From contig OZ193909.1 in the NCBI GenBank assembly GCA_964276515.1, forward strand, positions 2,356,001-2,420,000: a DNA stretch of 64,000 bases, written 5' to 3'. Below the pieces are notes generated by a model. The model was not told where the DNA came from. It did not search any database and was given only the letters and a program-made list of their open reading frames with translations. Each line of letters starts with the position of its first letter. Position 1 is the stretch's first letter. Positions 52,136-64,000 of the stretch are shown piece by piece. The DNA comes from Gordius albopunctatus. Taxonomy: Eukaryota. A program made the translations under genes and the position numbers.

Positions 52136-54290
52136 TAGTGATGCGGAAAAACCGAGAAAAATCTCGAAAAATGGAGTCGAGATCGAGACGAGAATTTTGA
52201 TGTCGAGACGAGACGATACGAGGTTTTTTCAGCGAGATCTCGACTTTTTTATCGTTATATTTTAGTAAATTATTGTGTATTTCAATTTGCATGATTTACA
52301 TTTAAGGTATTAAGTGTAAATCAATACGTATCGAATATATTTGACATTAAAAAAATTCCTGTAAATATTATATTTTTTGCAACATTTACCTAAGCATTGT
52401 TGACCCTTAGGGTATGTGAATAATTTTATAATATCTTTATCACATATTTAAATCCATAGCATTATTAAATATTACAAAATTATAGGCTTAGAATGAGTTC
52501 TGATTGAATAGTAAATATAAACTCGGGCCTTCGGCCCTCGTGGGAAGGGGGAAGGGGGAACTCATCTACACTCCGTATAAATGTATCATATTTGCTATGC
52601 AATTTATGGAAATACTTACGTGAATATTGCAAAACGAAGGTTGGAAGCACTAAATAAGTGTATATGCCAAATATCAAGGGGGAGAGAGGGAGCGAAGGGG
52701 AAGCTTTATGGTTAGTTAAATTCTACGGGAAACAGTTGTATTAATTTATATTTAGGTAGACAAATTTTTACTTGTCTATTTTTAAAGACTATTTTTAATA
52801 TAGGAAGAAAATTTGGAGGGAAATAAGCAATAATTTTTTCACAAAATAAATTCAAAAAAAATGGAAATCCTAAATTTTTTAAAAGTGCCCGGGGTTAGTC
52901 ATAGCCCATAAATTAACTCTGACGTTTTCACTTTTTTTAGTGTAGGCTAACTCATATCAATAAAAAGATTGTTTCTTTATAAAAAATGTAGAAAATGCAA
53001 ATGTAATATGATTATTTTTTCTTTTTATCATGCCATTTGTAAAACACAATGAAAAATGGCTAGCAATAGCCCCTCTCCGACTAGCCCCGACCCCTATTTT
53101 AATAAACAATTAATAATGTAGATAAATGAAAGACAAAACCTAATTTTATGCAAGAACACAAAAAAACAAAATATAGTAATCTTTAAAATAAATAATTCAA
53201 TGTGTAAAAATGTATATGAAAGAATATTAATGTTGAAAACCTAAACACTAGCAAATGCAAAAAACAATCATGAACAAAATATCACATTAGAGAATAAATA
53301 AAAATATTACATTAGTTTTTATGGCCTCTAGTGATTATGGGTCTAACAAACATTATATTATAAAACACCACAATGTTAAGAATTTGCAGAATTGTTGGGA
53401 GAAATTTTTTGTTGAATTTGAACAATTTTTAATTAAAAAAATCAAAAATTTGGCCAATGGTCATTTTTTTCATTGGTCAGCAGCCAGCGGACGGCCAAAA
53501 AGTCTTATTATCAATGATAGTAACAAGAACAATCATAAGAGTCAAAAAAAACTCCGGGATTCTAACCCAAAAACTAGATAAATTGCATAGCAATTATTAA
53601 AAAGTAAATTTAAAAAAATTGCCCTCGCCGGGATTCGAATCACATCAGTAGAGGCATAGGCCCTTGTAGGGGAGGGCATAGGGTAATTATCAATGTTAAC
53701 CTATTCAAAAAGGAAAAACGAAAAATTAGGATTTATTTGGCCAATGTTCATTTTTTCATTGGTCAGTAGCCAGCGGACGGTCAAAAAGTCATATTATCAA
53801 TGGTATTAACAAGAACAAAATATTAAATTAATTAAAAAAATAAAAATTTTGCCCTCTCCGGGATTCGAACCCACATTAAATAGAGGAATAAGCCTTTGGA
53901 GGGGAACAGGGAACCATATAAATAGAGCCATAGGCCCTTGTAGGGGAGGGCATAGGGTAATTATCAATGTTAAACTATTCAAAAACGAAAAATTAAAAAT
54001 TTCGATTTATCTGGCCAGTGGTCATTTTTTCATTGGTCAGTAGCCTGCAGCGGTCAAAAAGTCATATTATCAATGGTATTAACAAGAACAAAATATTAAT
54101 TTAATTTAAAAAAAAAATAAAAAAAAATTTGTCCTCTCCGGGTCTCGAACCCGCAACCTCCAGGTCGGGAAGCTGGTGTAAATAACTTGGTGGACGACGG
54201 ACGGACGACGGACAACCAAAAACGAGCCCATAAATTGCATAGCAATTAAAACAAAGCATATTTATATTTCGCAGTTACTCGCAGATAACC
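52136..54290. mobile_element. hAT-like DNA transposon end fragment (TAGTGATG, GAGACGAGAC repeats), split by a HINE
   Basis: Subterminal CGAGAC arrays at 52160-52250. Segments 52370-52515 and 54250-54282 are the reverse complement of 63787-63990. Confidence 0.75.
52519..54248 (-). mobile_element. Non-autonomous Helentron (HINE), subfamily B, with tandem internal units
   Basis: Reverse-orientation subTIRs at about 54230-54248 and 52589-52607, hairpin GGGCC-GAA-GGCCC at 52525-52537, GTCCGTC microsatellite. Inserted in a T-run without a TSD. Confidence 0.82.
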
Positions 54291-56616
54291 TTTAATTCCG
54301 TGGGAAAGTATTGCGCCGAGTCCCTCATATGAAGCATCCGTCGAGAGTATTAACGGTAACTCAGGGTCAAAATGTTTTAATATCGGGGCCTTGATAATGG
54401 CTTATGCATTTGTACAGTCCATGGACCAATTCCAAGCTACCGTTTTCCTTAGCAAGTTATAAAGCGGTTGTGCTAAAGAAGAGAAATTTTTTATGAATTT
54501 TGCGTAGTATTGTGGCCATGCCTAAGAAAGATTGTAATTCTTTGTTGGGGCTGGTGCTGTTAAAATTGTTTTAGTGTTCTTGTCAGATGTGAAAATTCCG
54601 TCTTTACTAATGGTATGTCCTAAATATTCCACTTTTTTCCAAAAATTTACACTTTTCTAATTTTAGTTTTAGGCCTGTTTTTTCCAATTCTTTAAAAACC
54701 TTTTTTAATTTTTGATTGTGGTCCTCTACTGTTTTACCCGCTATAGTAATATCATCTAGGTAAACTACTATTCCCTTATCATTCCTAAATAATGAGTCCA
54801 TAAATCTTGGAAAAATGGCTGGCGCCGAGGCTATACCAAAAGGTAGCTTAGTATATTTAAAAAGGCCCCTATGCGTATTAATTGCTAATAAGTTTTGAGA
54901 ATTTTCGTTAACCTTAATTTGAAAGTAGGCGTCCTTAAGGTCTAAAACGGAAAAATATTTAAACCCGCTTAGTTGTGCAAATATATCTTGAATACGTGGC
55001 AAAGGATATTTTTCAATTAAAAGGTGCTTGTTTAAATCACGGAAGTCGCCACGAATACGGACGTGTCCATTATTTTTAATAACTGCTACAATAGGTGCAG
55101 CGTGTTCAGCATATTTTATTGGTTTTAAAACAACTTATTTCACTTACCTATCTAATTCTTCGTCCATTTTAGGTTTTAACGTATAGGGAATAGGTATAGG
55201 ACGGAAAAACCGTGGACATAACTCATCTTTTAATTCAAGCTTTGCTTCATAACCGACTTCCCCTCCCAATCGATTTTCAAACAAAACCGGATATTTTTTA
55301 ATAATATTATTTGTTACAACATCATCGTCAGTCTGATTAATCTCGTCTCGCTGGGAAGGTTTATTGCGCTCCCAATCTCCAGCTATCTGCCGTAATATAT
55401 GGGGGAAAATTCTCAACCAATCTCTTCCCAAAATGTTTTGACCATTCCCATCAACGACGTAAAACAAGAGTTGGTGGGTTGCGTCCTCTTCTTGCACGAT
55501 GACTTTTGCCGATCCTTTTAGCGGTATAGTTGAACCATCGTTACCCTTTAGCACGGTACAACACGGTTGAGTTGTCAGGTGGGTCCCATTGATAGAATTA
55601 ATTAAGGTTACTGCTGAAACTGTGTCGATTTCAAAATTAAAGATATGGTCCTTTACCTTTAAAGCATAGCATGGGCTGAACGAGTCTATTAAATGGAAAT
55701 AGTTAAATGGAGAAATCTGTTTAAAACGGCATATCTTTCCGATATGGCCTTGGGTATGACACTTGTAACATGTTGCAAACCGAAATTTACAGTTGGACCG
55801 AAAGTGGTTACCCCCACATACAAAACATTTCATAATTGGTACGGGTTGTTTGTTTGTCACTGTATGAATGGGTTCTTAATGTTGCGTCAACATATGGCTT
55901 TGAAACCTCGGCCGTTCCATTGATCTCTCGGTATCTAACGCCCCTTGTCAGATCAGGTTATCTATAATCAATAGTCGCTCCACAATCTTATTATTTTGTA
56001 AACCAGCAACGAATCGATCCCTTAGGTTCTCCTCGAGAGATGAACGAAAATTGCAATTGATGGAAATACCTTTCAGTTTTGCAGCAAAGGAATCAATATT
56101 TTCTCCCTCCAATTGTAGGCATTTGTGGAATTTATATCTATGGACAATAACACTCAGCGTGGGGGAGAAAAAACTTTATAAGGTGGAAACTATTTCTTCG
56201 AATGTTTTTTGTAACGGATCTGATGGTGAGAGAAGATTTATCAGCAATTCGTAATTCTCCGACCCACATACCATAAGGAAAAGAGATTTCTTATCGCCGC
56301 CAACTACTAGATGATAATGGTTAAATTGCGAAATATAAAGGTCAGTATTATCGGAAGGAATATATGGGTGGAAGGTAAGCGAAGAAGTCGACCACGCCAT
56401 TGTTGAGTCTTAAATATATAAATATCCAATTACAAACACGAAAGACTGAACAAACTAATAGAGATTTTGTATATATAGGGTAAGGTTGCGTGATAATGGG
56501 GTGATACGTGTGGATAGTACGCGTGATATTCATTTGAATATGACCGTGCATGGTGCATTCTATAATATCTAGAATTTGAATATGACCGTGCCTGGTCCAG
56601 TCTATAATAATGTACA
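54291..56616 (-). mobile_element. Decayed Ty3/Gypsy (Mag-like) LTR retrotransposon, 3'-truncated; 5' LTR 56616-56401
   Basis: LTR TGTACA...CAACA followed by PBS TGGCGTGGTCG. gag with two CCHC knuckles (CFVCGGNH..C, CYKCHTQGH..C), protease EIDTVS, RT LDLKDAY/YLDD, RNase H DAS. Multiple frameshifts and stops. Inserted into the RTE ORF. Confidence 0.88.
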
Positions 56617-57946
56617 CCTAAGGGTCCTAGCATTTTGAAAGCTTCCATAGGTATATTATCATGTCCCACCGCTCTACCCATGGGCATCTTTTAGAACACC
56701 TGGTCAACCTCTTCTTCTGTCACTTCTTACTCTGGGTCATATTCATAGTTCTTGCTATCGCAGTAGTCCGAAAACCCATTTTCACTGTTTAATAATTCTT
56801 TATAGTATTCTTCCCAACGATTTATGATTTGATGGTTCAGAGTTAGAGTGATGCCATCTTAGCTCTTTATGGTTTTCACGTTTACCACATCCTTTGAGTT
56901 CCTTGCCCTGGTCTTTGCGATTTTGTAGATAATTCTTTCCCCTTCTTTACTGGTTAACTTGGCATTCAAATTCTTGTAGACCTCTGTTTTAGCCTTGGCT
57001 ACACAACGTTTTGCCTCATTTTTAGCTTTCACATATGCCAATCGTGTTTCCTCATTTATGTTGCCTGACCATAATTTGTAAAGGTTTCTTTTTAACTTTA
57101 CCAGGCGTTGCACGTCTTCGTTCCACCACCATGTCTCCTTATCTTTTTGTATACCTGGTTTACCTTCTCCTAGAACACATCTCGCTACTGATCGTACCGT
57201 GTTTCGTTAGCATTCTGCTGAACATCTATTTGCAACCTTTCAACTATTTGGTCATTGTAAATATCTTTCAATTTTGGTAGCCGGAACCATTTGATTTTCC
57301 CATTTAATCTCTTCGGCTTATGTGTTTTCGCCTTGGAGATGGTATAGTTCATCACAACAAGTCTATTCTGCGCTGCAATAGCCTCACCTGGTATCACCTT
57401 ACAATCTCGTACATTCTTTAATTCATTTCTTAATATTAGGAGAAAGTCAATCTGCGAAGATCGATTTCCACTTTTGTACGTTATTAGGTGATTTATATTC
57501 TTTTTGAAGAAGGTATTTGTGATGGCCAAATCAAATGCAACTGCTATTTTCAATATTTTATCGGCTTCATCGTTTCTCGCTCAGTAGCCATTTCCACCAT
57601 GGTACCGTTCAAATCTTTCTATTGTTTTGCCTACGTGACCATTCATGTCGGCTCCAATTATAACTATCTCGGCTCTGGGTATCTTTCGCAGCATTTTGTC
57701 TAATTCTTCCCGAAATTCCTCCTTTTCTTCATCTGTGCATCCTGTTTGCGGAGCATATCCGGAAACTACATTTGTCATTTGGTCTTCTATACATAGTTTC
57801 AACATCATGAGTCGCCCACTTTATCTTTGTACCTCAATGACTTTATATTGCAGATGTGAGGGTAGTATGATTGCCACGCCATTTTTATTCGTTTCTAGGG
57901 CATTGAAGTAAAGTTTATAGCCTTCACCTATCATCCTTGCTTTAGC
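56617..57946 (-). mobile_element. Decayed RTE-clade LINE (AP endonuclease and linker)
   Basis: YAPQTGC..EKEEF, IGADMNGHVG, ITNTFF, TYKSG..SQIDF, ETWWWN, GHDNIP motifs, with frameshifts. Cut by the Gypsy LTR and a hAT end. Confidence 0.9.
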
Positions 57947-58536
57947 TAGTGTTTCGATCTCGTCTCGTCTCGGTCTCGAAAACAAAATCTCGTCTCGTCT
58001 AGGGAGCGATTATGAAAATCTCGATCTCGTCTCGGTCTAGAAAAATCTCGATCTCGTCTCGTCTCGAATTAAAAAAAATATATACTGAATAAAAATTTCT
58101 CCTTTTTTATTAAAAATATTAAAAAAGTGTTAAAATATCCAAATGGCAAATTTTTATATTTTTTAAAAAACTATAATACACAAACTTTTTAAAGATTTAG
58201 CGGTACATGACTACTCATTGACAATATAAAGATATAAATTAATTCATAAAGATAACATTTTCTATGGAAAGTGCAGACTAAAAGACTATAAATAAATTTG
58301 AAGTATAGAAAATTAAATGTGAATGTTCTAGCAAATTATAACATTTGTATCACTTTCACTTTTTTGTCAACTATACATAGGATTAATAATACGTTCGCTT
58401 ATAGTTGACTTAGTTGCATAATTGAGCAAATTGAGACCCTTTATTAACCCTGGGTAAAGCTTCTTAATAGACTAAGTCTATTTTTACCATCATCAATTAT
58501 ATGCCATAGTCTTTATTGCATGTTTACTATAGCGTT

Positions 58537-58837
58537 TGTTGCGTCAATTGACTTAATTGTCTCATTTACATTACCTTACTACTTCACGACGTTAATTGAC
58601 CAATCAAGCATACCTGGCGGAGACACCACTAAATTGATTTATTTATACCTCGCGTAATTGATTTATTTATACCTCGCGGAGACACCACTAAACTTGATTG
58701 ATTTATTCAATTAATTCACGAGTATATAAAAGGAGTTTAAAACTCTTATTACTCACTTACTTTTCTTCCAACGATTTAATTTATATTATACAAAAAAGTA
58801 ATTATTACTTTATTCTACATAACCTCACTTGTCGAAA
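58537..58837 (+). repeat. 5' LTR
   Basis: TGTTGCG...GTCGAAA, TATA box at about 58723, duplicated U3 motifs. Confidence 0.95.
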
Positions 58838-58911
58838 TTGGTGACCCACTCTTGTTATACGCCTCCTTCTACCCTACCCTTACCCAACCCTTGTTATACG
58901 CAACCTTGTAA

Positions 58912-59729
58912 ATGGATACCAACCAAGTTGATGACGTCCAAATTAAATCGGAAAACGCTATGTTTTTCAAATTGCCCCCCTTCAATCGAATAAATCCCCG
59001 CTTATGGTTTGTCCAGATAGAGGCCCTTTTCACGATTCGACGAATAACATCTGAGTCTAGCAAACTTGGATACGTGATTGAATGCCTCCCACAAGAAGTC
59101 ACAATAGAGATCCAAGATTACTTGGAGAATCTACCGGCTGAGGCCCCGTACACTACCATCCGGTCAGCTATCATCGACCGCACAACAAAATCGGACTCAG
59201 CACGATTACACGACCTACTGTCCAACGTGGAATTGGGCGATCGTACACCCTCACAATTCTATAGACACATGAAAAGCCTCCTGGGTACCGCAAAAATGGA
59301 CGACATCATTTTAAAACAACTGTGGTTGGAAAAACTGGACAACAACATGGCCAGCATCTTGGCGATCTGTGCAAGTGACCAGACGTTAGTCAAGCTAGCT
59401 GAAACAGCTGATAAAATCGCGGAAACGTACCATACGCCGCAAATATCCAACGTCGTCCCTGCCACACAGAGATCCCGCAACGATATTGAGACGCTCAGAG
59501 ACATGGTCAATAGACTGAGCGTGAGCATCGAGACATTACGGCATAGGTCAGTCAAAAAAATCGTTTTCGGTCGAGAAGTAGGTCTACATCAAGGCGATTT
59601 CGATCCCCATTTCAACCCCACGCAGACGTTCCCCAGGATTGGTGTTGGTATCACCAAAGATATAAGGAAAAGGCCACGAAATGCCGACAACCTTGCAATT
59701 ATATCCCGATTTCCTCGTCAAACCCATAG
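58912..59729 (+). CDS. gag: Gypsy gag, broken by a 1-nt frameshift near A7 at 59554-59560; true C-terminus CWYHQRY...KCRQPC ends at TAG 59727-59729
   Basis: N-terminal [16 protein letters not shown] and [13 protein letters not shown] are typical of Mag-C gag. The zinc finger lies in the -1 frame. Confidence 0.8.
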
Positions 59730-62700
59730 GCCTGCCAGAATCCGCGACACCCGGTTCAGGCCATAACATCAGTCGCTTATTTTTTATTTTTGATAAATTA
59801 ACGAAATTTCGTTTTTTAATAGACACTGGCGCGGAACTAAGTGTCATACCACCCCCACGTAACCACCATCTCACCCCCTCACACATCCGCCTCCAAGCTG
59901 CAAACAATAGTTCTATACTGACCTATGGCCAGAAATCAATGGAACTGGACCTTAGCTTACGGAGAAGTTTTCAATGGGTGTTTACCATCGCCGACGTTAA
60001 GACACCGATCATCGGGGCTGATTTTTTAAATCATTATAACCTCCTCGTTGATATACGCCGCAAATGTTTATTAGACCCTAAGACTACTTTAAAGTCTTAT
60101 GGGCGATATATTGATTCGAGCTTGTACAATTTACAACTCGCAATAAAGATCGATTCACCGTATTTTAAAAATGTTTTAAAAGATTTCCCCGAGATTTATA
60201 CCCCTCCAAATTACAGGTCACGCGTAAGCCACGAAGTAGTCCACCACATACGTACACTAGGACCCCCCGTTTATGCCAGACCTAGACGCTTAGACCCTGT
60301 CAAGCTAAAAATTGCCAAACAGGAGTTTACTCATATGCTCGAACTCGGCATAATTCAACCCTCAGAAAGCTCCTGGAGTTCTCCATTGCACATGGTTCCG
60401 AAAAAAACTCCTGGAGATTGGCGACCATGTGGAGATTACCGAGCCCTTAACGTTATAACGATACCGGACCGTTACCCGTTGCCACACCTGCACGATTTCT
60501 CACTCAACCTAGCCGGCACAACCATCTATACAAAAATAGATCTAGTCAGAGCTTACCATCAAATACCCGTAGCCTTGGAGGACATCGCAAAGACTGCAAT
60601 AACCACACCTTTCGGTCTTTATGAATTTTTGCGAATGCCTTTCGGTTTACGAAATGCTGCTCAAACATTCCAACGCTTCATTGATCAAGCTCTCCGTGGT
60701 CTCAATTTCGCCTTCGCATATTTGGACGATATTTTGATCGCAAGTACATCAACTTGTGAACATTTAGACCACTTACGTCAAGTTTTTACTCGATTAAGAG
60801 ATTTTGATATAAAGATCAACCTGGACAAGTGTCAATGGGGACGTTCTTCTCTGGATTTTCTAGGACATCAAGTTTCCCCACAAGGTTTAACGCCAATACC
60901 GGAGAAGATCTCAGCCATCAAGAATTTCGCCACCCCGACCACTATGACACAACTACGTCGTTTCGTGGGAATGGTAAATTTTTACCGACGTTTTATACCT
61001 AGCTGCGCACTCCTGATACAGCCATTAACTGATCTGCTCAATGACTCAAAAGGACCCCTTGTTTTAACACAAGACGCACAGGATGCATTCGACAAGACTA
61101 AGGAAGCGCTGGATGAGATCACGACCCTGAATCACCTTGTAGAGAGCGCCACTCTCTCATTAACAACCGATGCGTCAAACACCGCCATCGGCGCCGTCCT
61201 GCACCAAACATTAAATGGAGAGAGTAGCCCCTTGTCATTTTTTTCGCTTAAATTAAATACGACTCAGACGCGCTACAGCACATTTGGTAGAGAATTACTT
61301 GCTATTTACCTCTCTATAAAACATTATCGACATGTTTTAGAAGCCCGAGACTTCACGGTTTACACAGACCACAAGCCTCTGACCTACGCTTTAAATAGTA
61401 AGTCTGACAAATACTCACCACGGGAAATACGACAGCTAGATTACATATCACAATTTACATCCGACATCCAATTCATCAATGGAAAGACAAATATCGTGGC
61501 GGACGCTTTTTCGCGAACAGAGATAGATGCCATACAACTTACAAATACCACAATAACGGAAAGGATAGCTATGTCACAACAACGGGAACAATACTCAACC
61601 GAAGAGCTGGGATCCCTTAAACTGGAACAATGTTCAATTTCAGGTACGAGTTTAACCCTTACCTGCGATACATCCACCACAATTCCACGACCCTTAGTAC
61701 CCAAGAGCCTACGACGCGAAGTTTTTGAGCACCTACATGGCCTGTCACATCCAGCCTCCCGGCCAACATTAAAACTGATTTCCAAACGTTTCGTCTGGCC
61801 TGGAATGAATAAAGAGGTGCGAGATTGGACGAAACAGTGCGTTTCATTCCAAAAATGCAAGGTTAATAGACACACCATCACAGTCCCAGCCACTTTCGCG
61901 GAGCCTGACGCAAGATTCAGTCATGTTCACGTGGACCTCGTGGGCCCATTGCCACCGTCTAATGGACACAGCTACATTTTCACCGCAGTCGATCGTTTTA
62001 CCCGGTGGCCCGTGGCAATACCAATCAACGACGCATCAGCTGAAACTGTAGCCCGAACATTTTTTACGCATTGGATAGCTAGCTACGGAGTACCCACTAC
62101 ATTAACCACAGACCGAGGCCCCCAGTTCCAATCCGCCCTGTTTAAACACTTATCTAGTTTATTAGGTTACCATCATATAACCACTACAGCTTACCATCCA
62201 CAAGCCAATGGTTTGGTAGAGCGATTTCATCGACAACTAAAAAGTTCGATTATGGCAAAAGGAGACACTACCAATTGGTCTGATCGAATTCCCCTTGTAC
62301 TCCTGGGTATCCGAAGCACCGTCAAGGAAGACTTGTCCTGTTCGAGCGCTGAACTGGTATACGGCACCTCTTTGAGACTACCAGGAGATTTTTTGCAACC
62401 TTCAAATTGGGACATAAATGCCGCTGATTACATCCAACGACTTCGGGAGCAGTTTGATACCGTTCGTTTTACACCCACCAGACCATCAAATATCAAACAA
62501 CAGATTACCAACGATTTGGTTACAGCCACTCACGTATTTATAAGAATTGACCGGCTTCGGAAAACTTTAGTCCCTCCGTACGAAGGTCCTTACAAGGTAA
62601 TCGAAAGACATTCTAAATATTTCGTCATAGACCACAATGGAAAAAGAGACACCGTTTCAATCGATCGATTAAAGCCAGCTTTCCTCGAGCCTAAGGTTGA

Positions 62701-62893
62701 TAACCCGAATTCAGCAGTTGACCCAAATGCACCCAAACCAAACAATCACTCAACGACCCAAAATTCAAACCAATCTACCATTGTTTCTTCTACAAAATCT
62801 TCCACAAAACCTAGCGCACCACTTCCCAAAACAACCATTACCAAGTCTGGCCGACAAGTTCATTGGCCAAAAAAATTTTTTAATTTTATATGA
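59717..62893 (+). CDS. pol: Gypsy pol (protease, RT, RNase H, integrase)
   Basis: [23 protein letters not shown], integrase DLVGP/DRG/ERFH, GPY. Open for more than 1000 codons. Confidence 0.95.
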   Translation, partial: VKPIGLPESATPGSGHNISRLFFIFDKLTKFRFLIDTGAELSVIPPPRNHHLTPSHIRLQAANNSSILTYGQKSMELDLSLRRSFQWVFTIADVKTPIIGADFLNHYNLLVDIRRKCLLDPKTTLKSYGRYIDSSLYNLQLAIKIDSPYFKNVLKDFPEIYTPPNYRSRVSHEVVHHIRTLGPPVYARPRRLDPVKLKIAKQEFTHMLELGIIQPSESSWSSPLHMVPKKTPGDWRPCGDYRALNVITIPDRYPLPHLHDFSLNLAGTTIYTKIDLVRAYHQIPVALEDIAKTAITTPFGLYEFLRMPFGLRNAAQTFQRFIDQALRGLNFAFAYLDDILIASTSTCEHLDHLRQVFTRLRDFDIKINLDKCQWGRSSLDFLGHQVSPQGLTPIPEKISAIKNFATPTTMTQLRRFVGMVNFYRRFIPSCALLIQPLTDLLNDSKGPLVLTQDAQDAFDKTKEALDEITTLNHLVESATLSLTTDASNTAIGAVLHQTLNGESSPLSFFSLKLNTTQTRYSTFGRELLAIYLSIKHYRHVLEARDFTVYTDHKPLTYALNSKSDKYSPREIRQLDYISQFTSDIQFINGKTNIVADAFSRTEIDAIQLTNTTITERIAMSQQREQYSTEELGSLKLEQCSISGTSLTLTCDTSTTIPRPLVPKSLRREVFEHLHGLSHPASRPTLKLISKRFVWPGMNKEVRDWTKQCVSFQKCKVNRHTITVPATFAEPDARFSHVHVDLVGPLPPSNGHSYIFTAVDRFTRWPVAIPINDASAETVARTFFTHWIASYGVPTTLTTDRGPQFQSALFKHLSSLLGYHHITTTAYHPQANGLVERFHRQLKSSIMAKGDTTNWSDRIPLVLLGIRSTVKEDLSCSSAELVYGTSLRLPGDFLQPSNWDINAADYIQRLREQFDTVRFTPTRPSNIKQQITNDLVTATHVFIRIDRLRKTLVPPYEGPYKVIERHSKYFVIDHNGKRDTVSIDRLKPAFLEPKVDNPNSAVDPNAPKPNNHSTTQNSNQSTIVSSTKSSTKPSAPLPKTTITKSGRQVHWPKKFFNFI

Positions 62894-62919
62894 ACTCCGT
62901 TTTTACCCAGCGGAATATT

Positions 62920-63220
62920 TGTTGCGTCAATTGACTTAATTGTCTCATTTACATTACCTTACTACTTCACGACGTTAATTGACCAATCAAGCATACCTGG
63001 CGGAGACACCACTAAATTGATTTATTTATACCTCGCGTAATTGATTTATTTATACCTCGCGGAGACACCACTAAACTTGATTGATTTATTCAATTAATTC
63101 ACGAGTATATAAAAGGAGTTTAAAACTCTTATTACTCACTTACTTTTCTTCCAACGATTTAATTTATATTATACAATAAAGTAATTATTACTTTATTCTA
63201 CATAACCTCACTTGTCGAAA
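62920..63220 (+). repeat. 3' LTR
   Basis: Identical to the 5' LTR except T at 63177 (AATAAA). Confidence 0.95.
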
Positions 63221-64000
63221 CGTTTTAAACCAAAAAGTGCGAGTGACTTTTAATGATAATATTATTGTTTACAGAATTGATAACTACATGCATATATCAA
63301 AACGTTGTAAAAACAACAATAAAAGTAGCATTATTATGGGATTAAGAAGATAAGGTTTTAAACTTTAAATTGCTGGTATTTAAATTTATGACAGAAACCA
63401 TTATAATGAAATTTATATTCCAAATAATTACCTTCCAATTCCAACTAACTTTGCCATTACATAATTATTTATCGAATACAGTATAGGTTCGTGTATTTAT
63501 TTTATATTGCACAATTATGTAAATATAATAAATTTAAATGCACCTGCCAACCGTGCACATAATGTGAAAAGTAATGCATATGACAAAACTATCAAATATT
63601 TGGGAGGTATACTACTAGTTGAAGCATAAAAACTTTTAAAAAATCCATGATTAAGATTTAATCTATTAAGGTATCATTAAATACTCTATTGTACTTTTGA
63701 AATCTTTAGGCGGGTGCTCAAAAATCTAGAGCCACTTATTCAAACTGATTGAATACCAATTTATAATTACCGTATTATGCAGGATGAGTAACTGCAAAAT
63801 ATAAATATGCTTTAGTAATATTTACTATTCCATCACAACTCATTTTAAGCCTAAAATTTTTTAATATTTAATAATACTATGGGTACAAATATGTGATTTA
63901 TAAAATCATTAACATACCCTATGGCTCAATCTTACTTAGGTAGATGATTGCCCAATTTTAAATTTTTTGCAAAAATATATAATATTTACTACACTTAGAA

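Larger units (their letters stand above)
58537..63220 (+). mobile_element. Full-length young Ty3/Gypsy (Mag/SURL-like) LTR retrotransposon
   Basis: 301-bp LTRs with one mismatch, 4-bp TSD CGTT, PBS TGGTGACCC (tRNA-Trp-like) at 58839, gag plus PR-RT-RH-IN. Confidence 0.96.
57947..64000. mobile_element. hAT-like DNA transposon (TAGTGTTT terminus, TCTCG arrays) hosting the young Gypsy and running off the window
   Basis: GTCTCG subterminal arrays at 57947-58067. 63787-63990 is homologous (inverted) to the copy at 52136-54290. Confidence 0.65.

Noticed and set aside
56176..56400. ATG at 56400 as a gene start (MAWSTS)
   Set aside because: The ATG overlaps the LTR end and PBS (A-TGGCG); it belongs to the decayed Gypsy gag region.
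59561..59766. C-terminal part of ORF-track gag (IVFGREVG...TRFRP) and the ATG at 59681 as pol start
   Set aside because: Out-of-frame read-through after the A7 break; pol is more plausibly reached by frameshifting.

Overview
Very AT-rich, intron-dense genomic DNA from an invertebrate animal; the taxon cannot be determined from the sequence alone. I assembled four multi-exon host genes by hand from GT-AG boundaries. These are a 5'-partial ABCG2/white-type half transporter (+, 793-8203), ribonucleotide reductase large subunit RRM1 (+, 9471-17609), a short Ca/CaM-dependent myosin light chain kinase-like gene (+, 28728-33553) and a convergent 23-exon receptor guanylyl cyclase of the NPR/ANF type (-, 48903-34258). 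Introns and intergenic DNA hold many hAT MITEs (8-bp TSDs), Tc1/pogo-type MITEs, RTE 3' fragments and DINE-1/HINE-like non-autonomous Helentrons carrying tRNA-like cargo. The last 14 kb is a nested TE pile: a CRE-like non-LTR element, hAT, HINE, a decayed Gypsy inside an RTE, and a very young full-length Gypsy. Main observations: (1) a sharp CpG-decay footprint confined to the 5' part of RRM1; (2) unusually relaxed splice signals; (3) a duplicated poison acceptor in RRM1; (4) inverted MITEs bracketing a cyclase-gene exon; (5) a Gypsy whose only LTR mismatch removes the 5' poly(A) signal and which has a hidden gag zinc finger and a candidate -1 frameshift cassette. I found no unambiguous wholly new system. 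All counts are by eye and need computational confirmation.
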